Shown: piece after piece, positions 1-6,808 of the stretch
Layout of the letters: each line of letters begins with the position of its first letter
Numbering within the stretch: position 1 is the stretch's first letter
Assembly: GCA_001275005.1 (NCBI GenBank)
Contig: JWZX01003306.1
Location: 44,799 to 64,798 of the forward strand
Direction of reading: 5' to 3'
DNA from: Chrysochromulina tobinii
Taxonomy: Eukaryota
DNA: 20,000 nucleotides
Made by a program: the position numbers and the translations under genes
The notes under the pieces: generated by a model
What the model was told of the DNA's origin: nothing
The model's database searches: none
The model's input: only the letters and a program-made list of their open reading frames with translations

Positions 1-53
1 TAACCAACTCCGCCCCCCCTCTACTACTTGTGCCCCCAAAACACATTAAATGG

Positions 54-1493
54 CTAAAATGGGCCGGAATGAGAATTGGTTCGCTTCAACCGGCTGCCGC
101 GATCCACGGCCATACCAATCGTTTGGGGGCCACTGCCCATCATCGAGCCTACCGCGTCGAACGCATCCTCCACTGCGTCGAACGCACCCTCCGGACAGCT
201 GGCCTTGTGATCAAAATTGTCGCTGGGCCTCCTTGAGGCAATTTTGCGCGCAGGGTCGAGGGCTGTGATGTCGTCCGCGTCGATCAAGCCAGATCCGTCG
301 ATGTCCAGCTTCTCAAACAGCTTGCTGAATAGGTCAATGTCCTGCTGGCTGACGCCATCGAGCATGATAAGCATACCGGTCACGAACTCGAACTTGTCGA
401 CACCGTTTCCGTCCTTGTCGAGGCTCAGCATCAGGCCCACATCGGCGGCGCCCTTGATCATTTTCATCCTGCGTAACGCCGCCTCGCGGGCCTCATGCAA
501 TTCGCTCACGTCGCCCAGGGTGGCGGTCAGAATTGAAACTGAGAAGAGGATGTGAAATAACGCCCACATGCGCCCCCCGTCGGTATTGATTTTAACGTCG
601 CCGAATCCCACAGTAGTAATTGTCACGAAGCAGTGATAACAGGCGCTCCCAAAGTCCCAGCCTTCGATTTCGCAGAAGACTGCGGCAAAGGCACCCTGGA
701 TGCTCATAATCATGACGAACGGTGCAGCCAGGTTCTTCGAGTAATAGAAAAGCGGCTTTCGTGGCACCTTAAAATCCGCGATGCCGTCACCGTCGATGTC
801 TATACCCTTCTGGGGGAAGCAGCGCTCCATAGCATTGCGAGACCAGCTGTAGAGTGGCTGGATGCACCTGGCAATCAGGGCCGAGAGCTGGGCAAACACG
901 ACGCCAACGCCGAAAATGATATAGACGACGGTAAAGGCGCGGCTCCCTTGGACACTGGGGTCCGGGTACAGGTCGCCGTAACCCACTGTCGCCGCGGCCC
1001 CCATCAAAAAGTAGAGGCTCTCCCAAACGTTCCAGCCCTGCATATTCATGAAGAATGCGGACCCCGTGGCAAAATAGATGGAGCACCACAAAAGGCAGGA
1101 CACGACATCCTTCCAAAAGGTGCAGCTGTTCGAACTTCGGCTGGGCGCCGGCACGGACCGCGGCACGGCCGCACCAGACGCAGGCGTGTCGGCAGGAGCG
1201 GTTGCAGTAGCGGTAGCGGTGGCGGTAGCGGTGGCGGTAGCGGTGGCGGTAGCGCTGCTAGTGCTACCGCGACCTTGTGCACGGCGAGCTCCTGACTCCG
1301 CGTTAGGGTCGGCATTCGGAATAATCCTAACCCCTACCCTATTCAATGCCACAGCCCTTGTGCACGCGCTAGCCCCACTGGGGGGGGTCAAGCGCCCAGG
1401 AAGGATTGCGTCTTGTGGACGTGCAGCCACAGCCTTCGATAATGCGACCTTCAGTTTCATGCTCCCGCGGTAGTCTGCGTCCAGGGGGGACAT
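54..1493 (-). CDS. Two-pore-domain (TPK/K2P-like) potassium channel with C-terminal EF-hands; start uncertain (ATG 1493 or 1460, or spliced from upstream)
   Basis: Two pore loops, ATVGYGD (972-989) and TTVGFGD (597-614), each flanked by hydrophobic helices (4TM/2P). EF-hand-like loops DKDGNGVDKFEF and DIDGSGLIDADD near the C-terminus. The ORF portion above 1493 overlaps the neighbouring gene and looks non-coding. Confidence 0.88.
   Translation of the reverse strand: MSPLDADYRGSMKLKVALSKAVAARPQDAILPGRLTPPSGASACTRAVALNRVGVRIIPNADPNAESGARRAQGRGSTSSATATATATATATATATATAPADTPASGAAVPRSVPAPSRSSNSCTFWKDVVSCLLWCSIYFATGSAFFMNMQGWNVWESLYFLMGAAATVGYGDLYPDPSVQGSRAFTVVYIIFGVGVVFAQLSALIARCIQPLYSWSRNAMERCFPQKGIDIDGDGIADFKVPRKPLFYYSKNLAAPFVMIMSIQGAFAAVFCEIEGWDFGSACYHCFVTITTVGFGDVKINTDGGRMWALFHILFSVSILTATLGDVSELHEAREAALRRMKMIKGAADVGLMLSLDKDGNGVDKFEFVTGMLIMLDGVSQQDIDLFSKLFEKLDIDGSGLIDADDITALDPARKIASRRPSDNFDHKASCPEGAFDAVEDAFDAVGSMMGSGPQTIGMAVDRGSRLKRTNSHSGPF
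1207..1254. repeat. Hexamer tandem repeat (GTRGCG)x8 encoding an Ala-Thr run
   Basis: gtagcg/gtggcg units read directly; translates as ATATATAT... in the channel frame. Confidence 0.9.
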
Positions 1494-1674
1494 GCAAATC
1501 GGCGGTTCTTGGATCCCCTGGACGTACGAGGTCAGAGGTGCGGCCGCGGCGACGGCCTCGGCGGTCGTTGGACCCTCGATGCTGCGGCAGCAGGAGTCGG
1601 TGAGCGAAGAATCGACGGGATAGCGAACCAGCCAATGAATGCCGTCCCTGGAGCTTCTTGAAGCCTTGGGTGTT

Positions 1675-3867
1675 TCACGAATCAACTTCTGGTCTTTGGG
1701 CGTAGAACTTGTAGGTAGGGAGGCCGGGATACTGGAGCTGCACCTGCACTGCGATGTGGGCTCGATCGATGACGAGGGGCTCACCACCGGCAATGCCCCT
1801 CTCAGTTGACGCACTCGCTGGTGCCTCAGCTGACGCACTCGCCGATTCGTTGACCTCCTTCTTCGGTGTAGGCTTGGAATCAAAACCTGAAAAGCGTCTG
1901 GTCAGCGACTTGTAATACGTGCCCTTTTTCGCCTTGGTCTCGAGCATGGCGAGACGCGCTGCCATCTCCTTGGCTTCCTCGATCTCGAGCGGGTCCCCCG
2001 TCTCCATGTTGCTTAGACTGCTGAGCATGTTTGAGAAGCTGAGATTTTGGGACACAGCCTGTTTCCGTTCCTTCTCCAAATATTGCACGGCCCATCGTCG
2101 CATCGCAAGCCAGATGGCACTCCAGCGCACCTTGTCCGCTGCGAGCGGATACTTGAATGTGGCGCTTGCGCCCGAGGACCCATCTATCCTGTCGTAGACG
2201 ATGCTCAGCAGATTTTCGCACGTCACGCGGGTCACGTCGACGTACGTGAGGGCGCGGGCCGGGAGTGATCGCAGGCTTATACGCTGGAGGATGCAGTCAT
2301 CGCCAAAGACCGAGCCGCCGAGGAGCACCGGGCCGCGGTAGATGACAGTCCCCTTGCTCACGTGGTACATGGCGTCGGCAGGGAGCAGCTCCGTCGGCAC
2401 GAAAACCATCGACTCGAGCTTGAGCGATATGAGCACCGAGCACGCCGTCTCGATGCCCCGCAGGAAGGGGATCGTCATCAGCCATGGGCCGTTCACCTGG
2501 AGCGAGAGCTCGCCCTGCAGCTTCTGCGACAGGAGCATCATGAGGGCCTGTTGCGACTTGCACACCTGCACGTGCTCAGAGCGGTAAAGGTACTCGCGCA
2601 GCTTGATGCGCGTGGGTTGGGCGAGCTTGTGTTTCCGGCAGTAGCGGTTGAGCTGGTCCATGCTGTTGCGGAAGGCGACGCCCTCGGGGTTCATGTTGGA
2701 GAGCACGTCGCACAACGAGGCGATGATGACGCTGTTAATCAAGCACGCGACGATCGTGCAGAACATGAAGAGCATGGACTCGGACGGGTTCATATATATC
2801 GCGTCTGTGTCGCCGCCCGCGGCGCCCGAGATGAGCATGATCATCCAGTAGAAGGTCATGACCCACAATTCATACGGGCCGACGCACCAGACGTCAGTCA
2901 GGTGCGCGATGTCCGGGTTCGATGGCGGCGGCATCAACACCCAAGTCTTGTACGGCTGGAAGAACTCGTTGTTCACGTCGTGCGGATCGTCGGTTTGAAC
3001 GCAAAACTTCTTGGAGCCCTTCCATGTGTCTAGGGGCGTCTCTGCGAGCGAGCCGCCGAGAACGAGAAAGCAAGCTAAGAGATGGCCGAAATAGAGATAC
3101 CCAAGGATGCACGTGACCACGGTCAGCGTTGAAAAGTCGAGCGCGAACGACGTCCACCAGCGCTTCAGGATGCGCGACGCCTTCACCAGTCTCACCAACT
3201 TGACGAGCCTGACCACCCGGAGAAGGCGCAGGACGCGAAACTTCGTTATTCCCTCTGCCACGGCTCCCTCGCCCGACGCACTCTCCAGGACGGGGGGCCC
3301 GACCTTTTCTTCCACCAGCGGGAGGATATCAAAAGCCACAGTGAGGACGGAAATCAAGTCCACCACAAACCAATTTTTTGAATAGTTCCATGCAATCCGG
3401 TCGAATTGCTTGACCATCTCGATTTGCTTGGCATGAAGCAGTATCGAGCCCTTTTGCGCCAGTGGGTTGTAATTGGGCTCAGCTTCGTACATGATGAAAA
3501 ATTGGAGGATCATGTCCAAGGCGAAGAAAACATCGACGATGCGATCGATGATAAAGCGGGGCGTGGCAGGATTCGTATCGGGCTCGAGGAAGGCCACCTC
3601 GTAGGGGGTTGCTATGGCCGTGTAGAGCAATGCGAGGCCGCCAAGCGAGTCCCATATCGATAAAAACTTGCTCGTCCGCGGGTCTATCAAGAGACGGTCG
3701 CGGCAGCGGTCGCCACTGTCAGCACTGGCAGCATTCCCATGCCCATGTCCATGTGCATGCCCATGTCCTCGCATCAACGCGAAGAGCACCTCCAGCACGT
3801 ACTCTGGTACCCGTCTGAGTTCCGGATCGGTACGTTCCAAATTTGGACGCTTCCGTCGCGGGTACAT
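1675..3867 (-). CDS. 6TM voltage-gated cation channel with C-linker and cyclic-nucleotide-binding(-homology) domain (KCNH/HCN/CNG superfamily); a short extra 5' exon (3968..3883) is possible
   Basis: LLIDPRTSKF..WD..LLYTAIATPYEVAF (S1); IVDVFFALDMILQF (S2); YSKNWFVVDLISVL (S3); strongly basic S4 KFRVLRLLRVVRLVKLVRLVKASRILKRW; HLLAC (S5); FYW pore helix; C-linker FRNSMDQLNRYCRKHKL..KLREYL; CNBD YHVSKGTV..VFGDD..RS..ARALTYVDV. Confidence 0.9.
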   Translation of the reverse strand: MYPRRKRPNLERTDPELRRVPEYVLEVLFALMRGHGHAHGHGHGNAASADSGDRCRDRLLIDPRTSKFLSIWDSLGGLALLYTAIATPYEVAFLEPDTNPATPRFIIDRIVDVFFALDMILQFFIMYEAEPNYNPLAQKGSILLHAKQIEMVKQFDRIAWNYSKNWFVVDLISVLTVAFDILPLVEEKVGPPVLESASGEGAVAEGITKFRVLRLLRVVRLVKLVRLVKASRILKRWWTSFALDFSTLTVVTCILGYLYFGHLLACFLVLGGSLAETPLDTWKGSKKFCVQTDDPHDVNNEFFQPYKTWVLMPPPSNPDIAHLTDVWCVGPYELWVMTFYWMIMLISGAAGGDTDAIYMNPSESMLFMFCTIVACLINSVIIASLCDVLSNMNPEGVAFRNSMDQLNRYCRKHKLAQPTRIKLREYLYRSEHVQVCKSQQALMMLLSQKLQGELSLQVNGPWLMTIPFLRGIETACSVLISLKLESMVFVPTELLPADAMYHVSKGTVIYRGPVLLGGSVFGDDCILQRISLRSLPARALTYVDVTRVTCENLLSIVYDRIDGSSGASATFKYPLAADKVRWSAIWLAMRRWAVQYLEKERKQAVSQNLSFSNMLSSLSNMETGDPLEIEEAKEMAARLAMLETKAKKGTYYKSLTRRFSGFDSKPTPKKEVNESASASAEAPASASTERGIAGGEPLVIDRAHIAVQVQLQYPGLPTYKFYAQRPEVDS

Positions 3868-4062
3868 TACGACCCCTCTTACCGCATCTGGTTCAACGTG
3901 TCGTTCGAAAGCATCGTTCGACGCAAAGATGACTTGCCACCGGCGCTCGAGCGCCTTCTTCCTTCCATCCGACCGGCTGTTGGATTGCGGTGGAACTCAT
4001 GCGCGATCCACGGGCTGCCAGCCTATCAGGCATGGCTCCCACCGTCTTTATTGCCCTCGCGC

Positions 4063-5478
4063 ATGCAGTTTGTTGACGTGAGGCCAGCCGCGCGGCTCAC
4101 CGGAGCTGATGCTGAAGGCCGCATTGTCGCGTGGCGTCTGCATGTCAGCGGCATCGCGGCCATGGACTTGCCCGACGCGGCCGCCTACGGACGGCATGAG
4201 TGGATGGGCTTCGTTCTGCGCTTCACTGCCACATGGAGCGGTGAGAGCAAGCGCACCTCTGTTGCACCAAGTCAGGGTGGTCGCTCGCACAGTTGGGCTG
4301 GTGAGCACACGACGCTCGCGCTGCCGTCCGTGGTGGGCGACAGCGTGCCCGAGAGCGAGCTGGACATCGCGCTCTGCGCGCGAATCGTCGGCAAGCCAGA
4401 CGAGATCATCGGCGCGGCCAAGGTATCTATCGCCTCGCGTTCGGGAGCGGTCAGTCAGCTCGCTCTGCTTGGACCCATATTCACTGGCACCAACCCAACG
4501 GTGAGCTTTCGCTTTGACGTGACCGGCGTCACGCGCGCCCAGGCAGATCGCGAGTACAGCGCCGGTGCGAGCCAGGCCAGCCAGCAGACAGGCCAGCCGC
4601 AACCACTGGCCCAGTCACGCAGCGTGGAGGAGCTCGTCGACCCGTCGCGTCAGCCCGCCAAGCACAGCTTCTCAACGGTAAGTCTGCTCGCAGCCCGCGG
4701 CAGTAGCAGCAGCAGCGGCGCACGCCCTGCGTCCGCAGGCGGCGGCGGCGGCGGCGGCATTGGCGGCGGCGGCATTGGCGGCGGCGGCGGCGGAAGTGGT
4801 TTCGCACTTGGCGACGGCGGCGGTGGCGGTTACACTACTTGGGAGCACTCGCCGGCCGCGGGCGCCGTCGGCGGCCGCTCGTGGCTCGGCCGGCCAGCGA
4901 GTGCCCAGCCGAGCCTGGCGGCAGTTCCTACGAGCGCGCGTTCCAAGCAGCAGCAGCAGCAGCTGGGCGCGCATCTCGGATTCACAGTCGCCGAGCCGCC
5001 GCCGCTCCCGCCGGCGGCAGCACCGCCGCCGCCCACAACGTCCTCCGTAGGCTTCGGAACCGCCGTCCCCCCGCCCAAAACGACGCCCGCGCCAGCCAAT
5101 AATGCAGCCAAGGGTAAGCCAAAGGGCAAGGGCGAGCCGGCGAAGCCCGCCGGGCTGTCCGCCGGGGCGCCGAAGCAGGAGGCCTGGCTGCGGCCGATCA
5201 TGGCGCCATCCGCGCGCATGCTGATGGGCCTTGATGAGTGCGCGCGCATCAAGGCGGCCTTCGTCAAGGCGGGACTGGCGTGTCCGACGGCCGCGTTGGA
5301 GAAGGCGCTGCTGCTCCCTGAGGACCGTCCGGTGCCCCTGTGTCTCTCCGAGCTGCCCAGGGCCGGGCCCGAGGGGAGACCACTGCCGTGCAAGGACCCC
5401 ATCTTGCCGAGCGGCAAGGGTGGTAAGAAGGGCAAGGGCAAGAAAGGCGGTAAGAAGGGGGGTAAGAAAAAGAAGTGA
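4063..5478 (+). CDS. Hypothetical protein: N-terminal C2-like domain, Gly/Gln/Pro low-complexity linker, small C-terminal domain and Lys/Gly-rich tail
   Basis: First ATG clear of the divergent gene is at 4063. C2-like pattern LHVSGIAAMDLPD..KRTS..W.GE..LDIAL..DEIIGAAKVSI; tail KGGKKGKGKKGGKKGGKKKK; GC3-rich codons. Confidence 0.65.
   Translation: MQFVDVRPAARLTGADAEGRIVAWRLHVSGIAAMDLPDAAAYGRHEWMGFVLRFTATWSGESKRTSVAPSQGGRSHSWAGEHTTLALPSVVGDSVPESELDIALCARIVGKPDEIIGAAKVSIASRSGAVSQLALLGPIFTGTNPTVSFRFDVTGVTRAQADREYSAGASQASQQTGQPQPLAQSRSVEELVDPSRQPAKHSFSTVSLLAARGSSSSSGARPASAGGGGGGGIGGGGIGGGGGGSGFALGDGGGGGYTTWEHSPAAGAVGGRSWLGRPASAQPSLAAVPTSARSKQQQQQLGAHLGFTVAEPPPLPPAAAPPPPTTSSVGFGTAVPPPKTTPAPANNAAKGKPKGKGEPAKPAGLSAGAPKQEAWLRPIMAPSARMLMGLDECARIKAAFVKAGLACPTAALEKALLLPEDRPVPLCLSELPRAGPEGRPLPCKDPILPSGKGGKKGKGKKGGKKGGKKKK
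4738..4793 (+). repeat. (GGC)n coding microsatellite, poly-Gly interrupted by two ATT codons
   Basis: ggc repeats read directly, encoding GGGGGGGIGGGGIGGGGGG. Confidence 0.85.
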
Positions 5479-5560
5479 GAAGCACTGTGTATCCACAGAC
5501 AAGGTTCGTCCGTTCTGTATTCACAGCCCGCTCCGCTTTTCAGTCTCTCTCGCAACAAGA

Positions 5561-6294
5561 ATGGCTCTCCGCATGCTGGGCCGTCGGTCCATGTCTGCAG
5601 CGGCGGCGCCTGTGACCAAGTTTGGCACGCCGGGCCGCTACGCCAACGCCATCTACGCCGCCGCTGCACAAAAGAATGCGCTCGCTGCCGTCACCGACGA
5701 CCTGTCGCTGCTTAAGGAGACACTCAAGGCGAGCGCCACGCTGCACCACTTCGTGACCAACCCGTCGATCCCGCGCGAGACGAAGGCGAGCGGCATCGTC
5801 AAGCTGCTGACGTCTGCCAAGGCGGACGTCGTCACGAAGAATGCGATGGCCACACTCGCCGAGGGCGGCCGCATGCACGACGTGTTCAAGGTGATCGACA
5901 ACTACATGGAGATCATCACAGCTGCCAAGGGTGAGGTGAATGCGGTCATCACGAGCGCAGCGCCGCTGCCCGAGGAGGAGAAGGCTGCCATCCGGGCACA
6001 GCTTGTCAGCTTCCTGGTACGCTGCCGCCCTGCCCCAGCCTACGCCAGAGACTCTCCCCCCCCAGTCTCGAACAGGGGCCAGGCTCTCCTCTTCCTCGAG
6101 GGCCGCTCACCTCGACGCGTCACGTGCTGCTCTCGCTGCCACAGGATAAGGGCCAGACCAAGGTGGAGTCGGTGTTCAAGGTGGATGCGTCCCTCGTCTC
6201 GGGCATCACCGTCGAGATCGGCGACAAGTTCCTTGATGCCTCGGTCGCGACGCAGCTCAAGAAGTTGCACAGCCTGCTCAAGACGAGCATCTAG
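5561..6294 (+). CDS. ATP5PO: Mitochondrial ATP synthase OSCP (subunit O, bacterial delta homologue); exons 5561..6016 and 6145..6294, 201 aa
   Basis: Transit-like MALRMLGRRSMSAAA; FGTPGRYANAIY, FVTNPSIPR, LAEGGR, GEVNAVITSAAPL. Splicing gives ..SFL|DKGQTKVESVFKVDASLVSGITVEIGDKFLDASVATQLKKLHSLLKTSI*, the typical OSCP C-terminus. Confidence 0.95.
6017..6144 (+). other. Spliceosomal intron, 128 nt, phase 0
   Basis: CTG|GTACGC ... GCCACAG|GAT; removal restores the OSCP reading frame. Confidence 0.92.
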
Positions 6295-6672
6295 ACGAGA
6301 CGCGGAGGGCTTCGTTATTTGCTGCGCGCTCCTTGCCACTTCGTGCGGTGATGGGCGGCGCACAGGTGCTTTTGTGACATGCTTGTGTGACATGTGCAGC
6401 GTGGCGGAGCGTCCGGATGCGGGGACCGGGATGGATCGTGCTGCGGACCGCCGCGCGGACGGGACGTGCGACGTCGCGCGGATACGCGCCGCCGCGACGC
6501 GGCAACTAGAGGCAGCCCCCCTTAGAGGCCCTAGATATGCCCCCGCTGCAGACTGAGACGTAAATGTGGCGCGTGTCGTGACTATTACAGCTTATTACAG
6601 CTTTTTATACTTTTCGTTACTCGGGATCTCTCGTTGCACGTTGGAGCTGCCCGTGCTACGGCCGACTACGTA

Positions 6673-6729
6673 TCTCGTATGGTTCCGTAGCGTTACAAAT
6701 CGAATCTGACTCTCTCGTATGGTTCCGTA
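6673..6729. repeat. 17-bp direct repeat TCTCGTATGGTTCCGTA, two copies 40 bp apart
   Basis: Exact copies at 6673-6689 and 6713-6729 in the convergent intergenic region. Confidence 0.85.
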
Positions 6730-6808
6730 TGCGGTATGGCCGGTCGTGTGTACCGAGAGCCAAACCTAGAGAGCTTGAAGGCGGTTCTCGCTCCCGCAGG
6801 CTTACCGC

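Noticed and set aside
1302..1340. Telomere-like TTAGGG / CCTAACCCCTACCCTA
   Set aside because: Only a few degenerate units in opposite orientations; not a telomeric tract. CTAAC is considered instead as a possible branch point.
1801..1842. 24-bp-period duplication CTCAGYTGACGCACTCGC, and the 21-bp duplication at 154-192
   Set aside because: In-frame slippage duplications in disordered protein tails; no evidence of independent function.
3739..4062. N-terminal extension of the 579-aa ORF overlapping the channel gene antisense
   Set aside because: It overlaps the opposite-strand CDS and has no recognisable motifs; ATG 4063 is more plausible.
5231..6556. 441-aa ORF as a single OSCP protein with extensions
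   Set aside because: An artefact of reading through the upstream gene and the 128-nt intron; the spliced 201-aa model explains the homology.
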